A DNA stretch of 64,000 nucleotides. Source: an uncultured Verrucomicrobiae bacterium. GTDB lineage: Bacteria > Verrucomicrobiota > Verrucomicrobiia > Chthoniobacterales > Terrimicrobiaceae. The notes under the pieces were generated by a model that was given only the letters and a program-made list of their open reading frames with translations, did not search any database and had not been told where the DNA came from. Position numbers and translations under genes: made by a program. Below are positions 55,009 through 64,000 of this stretch, in pieces. The stretch's first letter is position 1; the number at the start of each line of letters is the position of its first letter. The DNA is taken from contig CAVPOC010000008.1 of assembly GCA_963706955.1 (NCBI GenBank), forward strand, positions 768,001-832,000. The letters are read 5' to 3'.

Positions 55009-55233
55009 ATGAAACCAATCCTTACCTTCACAAGCATAGGCCTGTCCCTTGTGCTCGGAGCCATCGGTCCGACGGCGCGAGCGCAGGAACCTTCTCCCGC
55101 CGAATCCAGTTCATCCATGGCTAAACCTGCCGAGGCCGAAGCTAAGAAGCCCAACATCATTGTCATCTGGGGTGATGACATCGGCACCTGGAACATCGGC
55201 TGCAACCAATTCCTAATTTTGGACAGTCTCTAA
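55009..55233 (+). pseudogene. Truncated arylsulfatase (signal peptide plus first motif only)
   Basis: Signal peptide, then KKPNIIVIWGDDIGTWNI (sulfatase N-terminal signature), then a stop about 10 codons later. No CxxxR motif; the next gene starts 40 bp on. Confidence 0.8.
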
Positions 55234-55273
55234 CACTGTCGGCGCGCCACGGAGATGAACTCTGAAAGAAAGG

Positions 55274-56256
<983 letters not shown>

Positions 56257-56420
56257 GCTGGCCCGCCCTCCTTTTCCCAGGAATTCGAGCAAAGTATAGG
56301 GCGCTCAACGCAAGCGCCCCGACAACTCCTCCATCTCGGCTATCTAGTTCCTGATTTTCGCGGCGATGGCTTTAGCGGACGATCCGACAGGCGAACGCCC
56401 GCTGGGAGGCCCCGCGTCGC

Positions 56421-57455
56421 TCAACGGCCTCCGAACAGATCAGGTTGAGGCGAGCTTCGTGGTGGCTCCAAGCCGAGCTTGCGATAGGCACGCGGGAGAG
56501 CGGCGCGTCCCTGGGGCGTCCGTTTGATGTAGCCCTGCATGATCAAGTACGGTTCGTGGACTTCTTCGAGCGTTCCGGCATCCTCACCGACTGCCACCGC
56601 CAGGGAATTCAGGCCGACCGGCCCGCCGTTGAACAATGAGATGAGACCCTCGATGATGCGCTTGTCCATCTCGTCAAAACCATCTTCGTCAATTTCGAGC
56701 ATCGAAAGCGCTTGGACCGCTGTAGGACCGGTGATCGGGCCGCCGGCGCGCACTTGGGCATAGTCACGCACCCAGAGAAGAAGATTGTTCGCTATCCGTG
56801 GCGTTCCGCGTGAGCGTTGCGCGATTTCGAGCGCGCCGTCGACATCGATTTGCGCCTCGAGCAAGCCGGCGCTGCGTTCGACTATTTTCTGAAGATCGCG
56901 GACTTCGTAGTAGTCGAGCCGGCAAGTCATGCCAAAACGTGAGCGAAGGGGCGCGCTGATCATGCCCGCGCGCGTCGTCGCGCCGATGAGGGTAAACCTT
57001 GCCAGGTTGAGCCGGATACTGCGAGCGCTCGGGCCCTGATCGATGACGATGTCGAGCTTGAAGTCCTCCATTGCGGGGTAGAGGTATTCCTCGATCGCGG
57101 GCTGCAGACGATGAATCTCATCGATGAACAGCACTCCCCCGCGTTCGATATTTGTTAATAGGCCGGCTAGATCGCCGGCCTTTTCTATCATTGGGCCGCT
57201 TGTGGTTTTCACAGCCACGCCCATGGCGTTACCGATGATGTAGGCCAAGGTGGTTTTGCCCAATCCCGGGGGCCCGCTCAGCAAAATATGCTGCAGAGCC
57301 TCGCCGCGTTGACGGGCCGCCTCGACCATTAGCTGCAATCGTTCAACGGTCTTTTGCTGCCCCGTAAACTCCGCGAACATCGGCGGACGCAGCGAAATAT
57401 CGAAGGGTGTGTCCGGGGCGTCTCCCTCTGGAAGTTGGAATTCAGGCTTGGGCAT
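56421..57455 (-). CDS. ruvB: Holliday junction helicase RuvB
   Basis: [43 protein letters not shown]...RTPQGR. Confidence 0.97.
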   Translation of the reverse strand: MPKPEFQLPEGDAPDTPFDISLRPPMFAEFTGQQKTVERLQLMVEAARQRGEALQHILLSGPPGLGKTTLAYIIGNAMGVAVKTTSGPMIEKAGDLAGLLTNIERGGVLFIDEIHRLQPAIEEYLYPAMEDFKLDIVIDQGPSARSIRLNLARFTLIGATTRAGMISAPLRSRFGMTCRLDYYEVRDLQKIVERSAGLLEAQIDVDGALEIAQRSRGTPRIANNLLLWVRDYAQVRAGGPITGPTAVQALSMLEIDEDGFDEMDKRIIEGLISLFNGGPVGLNSLAVAVGEDAGTLEEVHEPYLIMQGYIKRTPQGRAALPRAYRKLGLEPPRSSPQPDLFGGR

Positions 57456-57575
57456 CGCATTGCCTCCGGCTCGAAATCGTTAGCTCGCCAAAAGATGTCA
57501 TCCAGACAACTGAGCGTGCATAGATGAGGAACATTTGCAATGTCGCAGCGTGTCCACCCGCCGAGGAGGATGCTT

Positions 57576-58401
57576 TCACACTGCGCTGATGATGACTTCC
57601 TCGAACTCCTGAAGGCACGAACGAACTCCGCGCGGATCACGCAGCAGCGACGTGCCGACCAGAGCGGCCTCGAATCGTTCACTCACCTTTTTCGTCAGCT
57701 CGGGAGAAAGGCCGCTTTCGGCTACCCGCAACGTGCCCGGCGGGAGCTTCTCAACTAAATCGAATGCGGAGTAGTCGAGGCTGAAATCGATCTCGGAGGT
57801 CCCTTGCTTCCCAACAAATCCGCTGGTGGCTTTGAATTTTCGACTATTGATCCCGACAACCCGAGCATCGCCTGGCAAGGCGGAGATCTCCTCTTGCGCT
57901 GTGCACTTCGAAGAGCGCTTCCATGCCCAGTTCGCGCGTCAAATCATAAAAACCGGAAAGCCGAGCATGATCGAGCACGTTGGCCATAAGCAGCACGGCG
58001 TCTGCGCCAAAAGCCCGCGCCTCGCGCACCTGGTACTCCTCGATGATGAAATCCTTGCGCAAGACAGGCTTTGATCCACAGCTTCGCGTCGCAGCCAGCC
58101 GCTCGATACTCATCCCAAAATGGATATTGTTGGTAAGCACCGAGATCGCTGCCACGACCGGTGATTCCTGGTAGGCGGTTGCCGCCTCAGCGACATTTTC
58201 TACCCGCATCGGTCCGACGCTCGGTGACCGTGCTTTGATCTCACCAATCAGGCAGAACCTCTCTGCCAAAGCCGCCGGGAGCGGACGCACCGGCGGCGCG
58301 TCGGGAGTCATGTGGCGAAGGTCCGCCAACGGACGCCGGGCCCTGGTCGCGTCGAGCTCGGTTCGAACATCGGCGAGAATTTCATCGAGAAACGTCTTCA
58401 T
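57576..58401 (-). CDS. trpC: Indole-3-glycerol phosphate synthase (frameshift near 57890)
   Basis: IGEIKARSPS, ISVLT, LRKDFII, GADAVLL, LFEVH, GINSR, VAESG, LVGTSL. Confidence 0.88.
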
Positions 58402-58471
58402 CGTAAAGATTGGTGTGTTTTCGGTCTGTGTTCCATCACGTCTTTACCTATTGGGGCCATCCAGATTTCGG

Positions 58472-58622
58472 CCACGGATAGACACGGATGAAACACGGAT
58501 GTAGAAATCAGGCGACGCACGTTTGTATTCGACGCGTTTACGTCCGAGCTGGCTGAGAGCAGTTTTACTCCGTCAAGTTCGTTGCCTCTCGGCCTGCGGT
58601 TCTATCTGTGTTTAAACAGTGG
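58472..58622. repeat. Imperfect inverted-repeat element (REP/MITE-like)
   Basis: Left end CCACGGATAGACACGGATGAAACACGGAT (3x CACGGAT); right end ATCTGTGTTTAAACAGTGG is partly complementary. Confidence 0.45.
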
Positions 58623-58647
58623 TGGCAAGATCCTTGCGCGAGAAATG

Positions 58648-58959
58648 CTATCGCACACAGCCGAGCAGCCAGTCGGCGTAGTCCTTGGAAACAGCTGTGG
58701 GATCGAGTGCGACGATTTCAGGAGTTTCGTATGGATGAATCGCGCGTAATCTCTCCTCGAGCGCGGGAAATCGCTCAGCTGATGTCTTCAGGAGGACGAC
58801 GGCTTCCTCACTATCTTCGATGGCGGCTTTCCATCGATAGATCGACCGGGCGCCCGGCAGGATCGTTCCGCAGGCAATAATCTGCTCATCCACCAGGAGA
58901 CGAACCGCCTTGGCGGCGTCCTCCGCATTGCCGAATGTCGTCAGGACCACGCGAATCAT
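58648..58959 (-). CDS. cutA: Divalent-cation tolerance protein CutA
   Basis: ACG, SIYRW, E..VLLKT, HPYETPEI, YADW. Confidence 0.93.
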   Translation of the reverse strand: MIRVVLTTFGNAEDAAKAVRLLVDEQIIACGTILPGARSIYRWKAAIEDSEEAVVLLKTSAERFPALEERLRAIHPYETPEIVALDPTAVSKDYADWLLGCVR

Positions 58960-60053
58960 GCTGCAGCAAGGGCGGGCCTGCGCACTATCCAGCCGCCTCC
59001 GACAACGCGATCCCCGTCATAGAAAACGGCGGCCTGCCCTGGAGTGATGGCGCGCTGGGGAACGCGCAGCTGAACCCGAGCGCGTTGGCGATCGAGCATC
59101 TCGATCCTGGCAGGGGTCCCCGGGTGCGCATAGCGAATCTTGACGGTAATGTCCTTGGCTATTTCTGAAGGTCGAACCAGCCAATTCGCTCGGTCGACCT
59201 CGAACTCGTCGTGGAAAAGCTCCTCCTCGGCCCCGACGATAACTCTCCGTGTTTCAGGATCGATATCGACGACGTAGAGAGGTCGCGAAAATCCGCCCGG
59301 CAGACCCTTTCGTTGCCCAATGGTGAACAGCTCAATACCGGAATGTTCTGCAATGAAGCTTCCATCGACCGAATAGATTCCGCCGCGATGAAATTCGCCC
59401 TCCCCAAGATGGCTTCGAAGGAACTCCTTGTAGTCGCTTCCAGGAACAAAACATATCTCCTGGCTGTCGGCCTTGTCCGCTACTCTTAAGCCCAGTTCAC
59501 GCGCGATGCTGCGGATTTCGGGTTTGGTCATGGTTCCGAGCGGCGTCAGAGCGCGGCTCAGCTGTCTTTGGCTGAGACTGAAAAGGAAATATGACTGGTC
59601 CTTTTGGGGGTCGCGTCCCTGACGCAGAACCGCCCCACTCGGACAGTGCTCGATGATGGCGTAATGACCGGTGGCGATGTAGCCGGCGCCCAACGCCGCT
59701 GCCTTGCTCCAAAGACTGCCAAACTTCAGCAATTCATTGCACATCACGCATGGATTGGGCGTTCGACCCGCCTGATACTCACTGGAAAAATAGTCGATGA
59801 CCAGACGCTCGAATCGCTCGGCTTCATCCACGACATAGTGCGGAACCCCCAACTTGTGCGCCACCCCGCGAGCGTCGGCGATGGCCGAGGGCCCACAACA
59901 CTTGTCCTCCGCACGCGAGATACAGTCCTGCGGCCAAACCTTCATGGTGACCCCGATGACCTCATAGCCCTGTTGCTGGAGCAGATGGGCGGCGACGCTG
60001 GAATCCACGCCCCCGCTCATGCCTACCAGGACTCGCTTGTTGGTCGCTGACAT
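58956..60053 (-). CDS. mnmA: tRNA 2-thiouridylase MnmA
   Basis: MSGGVDSS, TPNPC, ATGHYA, KDQSYFL, DSQEICF, TIGQRKGL, TPGQAAVFY. Confidence 0.96.
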   Translation of the reverse strand: MSATNKRVLVGMSGGVDSSVAAHLLQQQGYEVIGVTMKVWPQDCISRAEDKCCGPSAIADARGVAHKLGVPHYVVDEAERFERLVIDYFSSEYQAGRTPNPCVMCNELLKFGSLWSKAAALGAGYIATGHYAIIEHCPSGAVLRQGRDPQKDQSYFLFSLSQRQLSRALTPLGTMTKPEIRSIARELGLRVADKADSQEICFVPGSDYKEFLRSHLGEGEFHRGGIYSVDGSFIAEHSGIELFTIGQRKGLPGGFSRPLYVVDIDPETRRVIVGAEEELFHDEFEVDRANWLVRPSEIAKDITVKIRYAHPGTPARIEMLDRQRARVQLRVPQRAITPGQAAVFYDGDRVVGGGWIVRRPALAAA

Positions 60054-60227
60054 CCCGCGCAGTATAGTAGGGAATTCAGGAAGGGCAACCGCCACCCACG
60101 AGCCAGCGGGCCGCTGTGGCTCATCGCGCGGGTGAAAGCGCCATTTTCCGGCTCAAGGTTATGATAGAGGTGACTTTTGGCTCGGAGGATGCTTGCTTGA
60201 CCAGGTTTCCTTTCTTAGTCACCTGCC

Positions 60228-61382
60228 ATGTCCACGGAATCTGCTTCAGGGTATTCACGGAAAAATCCGTTTCCCGCGACCCTTGCCGTTAATCGCAAGC
60301 TCACCGGAGAAGGATCAAACAAAGACACCCGCCACTTCGAGATCAACCTTTCCGGCTCGGGGTTGGCCTACGAGGTCGGCGATTCGCTTGGGGTATTTCC
60401 GAAGAACGATATCGAACTTGTCGAAGGAATTCTCAAGAACCAAGGCTTTACCGGCGATGAACAAGTCACCAATCCGGATGGAAAGACCGTCTCGCTTCGT
60501 GAGGCTCTGACCAAGGACTTTATCATCAGCGAGCCTGCCAAGCAGCTTCTGCAGGTGCTCCCAGAAAAAGATTCCTCGTCCGCCTTTCTCACGGATCTCC
60601 TCGATCCCGGCTCGAAAAGCCACCTAGACGATTATCTCTGGGGCCGCGATGTGCTGGACTTACTGGAGGAATTCACGGCGGCAAAATTTACTCCCGAGGA
60701 GTTGGTGAAGGTTCTGCGCAAGCTTCAACCTCGGCTGTATTCCATTGCCTCTTCTCAAAAAGAAGTCGGTGAATCCGTGCACCTCACGGTGGCTGTCGTC
60801 CAATATCAGCCCGAGCGAAGCAGCCACCTCCACCGCGGCGTCTGCTCGACTTTTCTGGCCGAGCGGGCGGAGGGCAATGGAAAGGTGCCCGTTTTTGTGC
60901 ACACCGCAAAGCACTTTAGAATTCCAGAAAATCCCGACACAACGGCCATCATGGTGGGTCCTGGAACCGGAATCGCTCCTTTCCGCGCCTTTCTGCAGGA
61001 AAGGAAGGCCCTGGGCGCCAAAGGCAAGAACTGGCTCTTTTTTGGGGAACAGCAGGCGGCTTCGGACTACTTCTACCGCGAGGAATTTGAAGGATGGCAG
61101 TCTGAAGGCGTGCTCACCAAGTTTGTCACCGCTTTCTCGCGCGACCAAGCCCATAAGATCTATGTTCAACACCGCATGCTGGAAAGTGCGGTCGAGTTGT
61201 TCGACTGGCTGGAAAACGGCGCCATCTTCTATGTCTGCGGAGACGCTGCGCGGATGGCCAAGGATGTCGATACCGCCTTGCATCAAATCGTGGAACAAGT
61301 CGGCTCAAAATCGACTGAACAGGCCAAGGAATACGTCGACGCTCTTAAGAAACAAAAGCGCTACCGCAAGGACGTCTATTGA
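60228..61382 (+). CDS. CysJ-like FAD/NADPH oxidoreductase lacking the flavodoxin domain
   Basis: YSRKNPF start, YEVGD, PRLYSIASS, GVCS, MVGPGTGIAPFR, AFSRDQ..KIYVQ, YVCGDA..MA, RY..DVY. Confidence 0.88.
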   Translation: MSTESASGYSRKNPFPATLAVNRKLTGEGSNKDTRHFEINLSGSGLAYEVGDSLGVFPKNDIELVEGILKNQGFTGDEQVTNPDGKTVSLREALTKDFIISEPAKQLLQVLPEKDSSSAFLTDLLDPGSKSHLDDYLWGRDVLDLLEEFTAAKFTPEELVKVLRKLQPRLYSIASSQKEVGESVHLTVAVVQYQPERSSHLHRGVCSTFLAERAEGNGKVPVFVHTAKHFRIPENPDTTAIMVGPGTGIAPFRAFLQERKALGAKGKNWLFFGEQQAASDYFYREEFEGWQSEGVLTKFVTAFSRDQAHKIYVQHRMLESAVELFDWLENGAIFYVCGDAARMAKDVDTALHQIVEQVGSKSTEQAKEYVDALKKQKRYRKDVY

Positions 61383-61466
61383 TTGAGCCGTACGGAAGAC
61401 AATTCCTGCGCATCCTGTCCGCCTGACAGCAAAATCCGTCGAAAAATCCAAGATCTAAAATTCCCG

Positions 61467-61495
61467 TTGACTATACCAACTAGTTAGTATAGCTT
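61467..61495 (+). promoter_or_regulatory. Sigma70-type promoter with a palindromic TetR-like operator in the spacer
   Basis: TTGACT-17 bp-TAGCTT, overlapped by the palindrome CTATACCAACTAGTTAGTATAG (61471-61492). Confidence 0.7.
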
Positions 61496-61503
61496 GCCGG
61501 AAG

Positions 61504-61849
61504 ATGGTGAACGAATCCAAGGAACGTCTTCTGGCTGGGGCGAAGGAATTGTTTCTGGCCGAGACGAATCCCCGAATTCAACAAGCTGTTTGCCCAACTA
61601 CTTTAAAGCGTTTCGGATGATTTCGCGGGCAAACTCCGACCAATTGCTGCGCACTGCGCAGACGCACCGGCTCCGACAGCCGCCGAACTCGCCGAAACCC
61701 TCCTCGGCACGCTCGAAGGCTCTCTTGTCCTCGCCAAAGCACACCGAGATCCGACCCGCATCCCAAGGGCGATTCGCGGTTTTCGACTCTCCCTCGCGGG
61801 GGTCGTTCTCGCAACCAGTCCGGGAATTTTTTACACCGTTGTATACTAA
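61504..61849 (+). pseudogene. TetR/AcrR (NemR-like) regulator with internal deletion
   Basis: MVNESKERLLAGAKELFLA joins directly to ETNPRIQQAV; a shifted frame then reads AAELAETLLGTLEGSLVLAKAHRDP. The HTH core is missing. Confidence 0.72.
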
Positions 61850-61861
61850 CTAGTCGGTATA
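61842..61861. promoter_or_regulatory. Second copy of the operator palindrome
   Basis: TATACTAACTAGTCGGTATA, one mismatch from the reverse complement of the first site; upstream of the methyltransferase RBS (GAGG). Confidence 0.72.
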
Positions 61862-61893
61862 GAGAGGAAATGAGATGATGACAACGACCCAAT

Positions 61894-62964
61894 GTGAAAA
61901 GGAGACAAAGGCTTCCGCTGAATTCTGACGCGCTCGATAAGCTACTTAGCCTGGTGGTCAGCGACCTAGGTGCGGCTGTGAACGGAGCACTCGTCGTGCT
62001 TGGCGACCGCCTGGGAATTTACTCTGAGCTTTCAAAAATTGGTCCCGCCAGCTCGCATGAACTCGCTGCGAAGACCAGCTTAGACGAGCGCCAACTTCGT
62101 GAATGGCTGAGTGCTCAGGCGGCTTCGGGGTACATTAACTACGATGCGGAGATTGACGCGTTTTTCCTGACTGCGGAACAGGCGGCGGTTTTCGCTGATC
62201 CTAATAGTCCCGTGGCGATGACGGGCGGTTTCTATTCGATCTCCTCCGTGTATCACGATGAACCACGTATTGCAGAGAGTTTCCAGACCGGCACAGGCGT
62301 TCCCTGGGGCGACCACCACAACTGCCTTTTCTGCGGCGTCGAGCGGTTTTTCCGGCCCGGTTACGAGGCCAACCTCATAGAACGATGGATACCCGCTCTG
62401 GATGGCGTGAAGGAACGGCTCGAGTCCGGGATTCGGACAGCGGACATCGGATGCGGGCATGGTGCTTCCACCCTCATCATGGCGAAGGCATTTCCGAATA
62501 GTGAGTTCTACGGGTTCGATCTGCATCCAGCCTCCATTGAGGCAGCCAATCGACATGCGAGCGAGCAGGGGATCACGAACGTCCACTTTCGGATTGCCAC
62601 AGCGAAGGATTTCCCGGGTGACTACGGATTCGCAACAATCTTCGATGCGCTGCACGATATGGGCGATCCGGTTGGGGCAGCGTCGCATATCAAGCAGTCG
62701 CTTCGTTCCGACGGAGCGTTCATGATTGTTGAGCCGATGGCGGGAGACTCGCTCACCGAGAATTTGAACCCGGTTGGGCGAGTCTATTACGGCTTCTCCA
62801 CGATGGTGTGCACGCCTGCTTCGCTGAGCCAGGAAGTTGGTCTCGCCCTTGGAGCGCAGGCTGGGGAGCGGCGCCTCCGAGAGGTCCTTGCCGAAGGCGG
62901 GTTCACGCGAATCCGCCGTGCCACAGAAACCCCGTTCAACATGATCCTGGAAGCGCGGCCATAG
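61894..62964 (+). CDS. SAM methyltransferase with N-terminal winged helix (Rv2258c-like)
   Basis: GDRLG, ERQLREWL, ADIGCGHG, FDALHDMGDP, STMVCTP.SL, LGAQAGE, TPFN. Confidence 0.88.
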   Translation: MKRRQRLPLNSDALDKLLSLVVSDLGAAVNGALVVLGDRLGIYSELSKIGPASSHELAAKTSLDERQLREWLSAQAASGYINYDAEIDAFFLTAEQAAVFADPNSPVAMTGGFYSISSVYHDEPRIAESFQTGTGVPWGDHHNCLFCGVERFFRPGYEANLIERWIPALDGVKERLESGIRTADIGCGHGASTLIMAKAFPNSEFYGFDLHPASIEAANRHASEQGITNVHFRIATAKDFPGDYGFATIFDALHDMGDPVGAASHIKQSLRSDGAFMIVEPMAGDSLTENLNPVGRVYYGFSTMVCTPASLSQEVGLALGAQAGERRLREVLAEGGFTRIRRATETPFNMILEARP

Positions 62965-63341
62965 GGGAGCTTTTCGCAGCTACCGAAGCGAGCATCGAGG
63001 CTACGCCTCTCAATGGGTTGGCTAGCGCCAAGCGCACGACGTCATAGCTTTGGGAACCGCCCAAGGGGACCGTGCACACAGAAGCAGCGCAGAAGGCGCG
63101 ATTCACTGTAGCGGCGGCGTCCCCGCCGCCGAGGAAAGCCCTCGACGATGGGGACATCGTCGCTACACCGGATCAGTCCGCGACATAGTTTCCGGAACTC
63201 CTGAGAACGCTCGGTAGCAGGCGTTCGCCGCTCACGGGATTGTTCCGAAAGGGGGCGAGCAATCGGCACCGGCCACGCCGCATTTCGTTCTTCGTAATTC
63301 CAGCCATTGCGGCTTAAGCTTCGTGGACGTTCCGTGATCTT

Positions 63342-64000
63342 GTGAATCACCCTTTCAAGCATGTTCATTTCCTTGGCATTTGTGGCACAGCCATGGGAGC
63401 AGTGGCCGCGGCAATGCGCGATCGTGGCTATCTTGTCACGGGGCAAGACGATAACGTTTACCCGCCGATGTCGACTTTTCTCGAGGAAAAGAGCATCGCA
63501 ATTACACAGGGCTTTCGCGCTGAGGACATCCCGGGAGCTGATCTGGTCGTCATCGGCAATGCGATGATGCGCGGAAATACCGCGATCGAAGCGGTTCTCA
63601 ACCGAAAGCTTTACTACCTCTCATTACCGGAGATCCTTAAGGAGTTCTTTCTTCGTGGTCGCCACAACTTGGTCGTGACGGGCACCCACGGGAAGACAAC
63701 CGCGACCTCACTGCTGGCCTGGATTTTCGAAAGCGCAGACCTGGAGCCGAGTTATCTTATCGGAGGCATTCCGGCGAACCTCGGCCAGGGTGCGCGCCTG
63801 AGGGACTCGAAGTACTTCATTATCGAAGGAGACGAGTACGACACTGCTTTTTTCGACAAGCGATCCAAGTTTCTCCACTATCTTCCCGAACTGGTAATCG
63901 TAAACAATATCGAGTTCGATCACGCCGACATTTATCGCGACCTCGAGGAGATTAAGACCAGCTTTCGCAGGTTGCTTAACATCGTCCCCACCGAGGGGAT
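63342..64000 (+). CDS. mpl: UDP-MurNAc:tripeptide ligase Mpl (runs off the window end)
   Basis: Not in the ORF track. My translation: HVHFLGICGTAMG...NVYPPMS...VIGNA..RGN...TGTHGKTT...IEGDEYDTAFFDKRSKF.HY...NNIEFDHADI. Confidence 0.92.
   Translation, partial: MNHPFKHVHFLGICGTAMGAVAAAMRDRGYLVTGQDDNVYPPMSTFLEEKSIAITQGFRAEDIPGADLVVIGNAMMRGNTAIEAVLNRKLYYLSLPEILKEFFLRGRHNLVVTGTHGKTTATSLLAWIFESADLEPSYLIGGIPANLGQGARLRDSKYFIIEGDEYDTAFFDKRSKFLHYLPELVIVNNIEFDHADIYRDLEEIKTSFRRLLNIVPTEG

Noticed and set aside
56299..56319. Intrinsic terminator between the HAD gene and ruvB
   Set aside because: A GGGCGCT/AGCGCCC stem is present but has no U-tract on either side.
62965..63341. Structured ncRNA or small gene between the methyltransferase and mpl
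   Set aside because: Short GC hairpins only. No tRNA, tmRNA, RNase P or riboswitch signature recognised, and the ORFs lack motifs.

Overview
This is a bacterial, moderately GC-rich window. A Verrucomicrobiota-like soil organism is my impression only. About 1-50 kb is one very large surface-glycan locus, mostly on the + strand. It holds about 25 soluble glycosyltransferases (GT4, GT2, GT9, and GT34-, GT47- and GT61-like), two tandem polysaccharide pyruvyl-transferase paralogues, three NDP-sugar epimerases (one GDP-mannose 3,5-epimerase-like), two SAM methyltransferases and a LbH O-acetyltransferase. Embedded in it are a queD-folE2 pair, a polyprenol-phosphate glycosyltransferase-like GT2, one large GT-C-like membrane protein, and a tandem array of five paralogous polytopic membrane proteins plus a sixth C-terminal remnant. 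About 50-64 kb is housekeeping and accessory: hslO, TerC, D-cysteine desulfhydrase-like, cfa, a truncated sulfatase, a HAD hydrolase, ruvB, trpC, cutA, mnmA, CysJ-like, an internally deleted TetR with two operators, a methyltransferase and mpl. Many genes are split by small indels, densest at about 17-34 kb and also in trpC. These are probably long-read consensus errors, so the boundaries of split genes are approximate. All family calls come from motif recognition, not from database searches.
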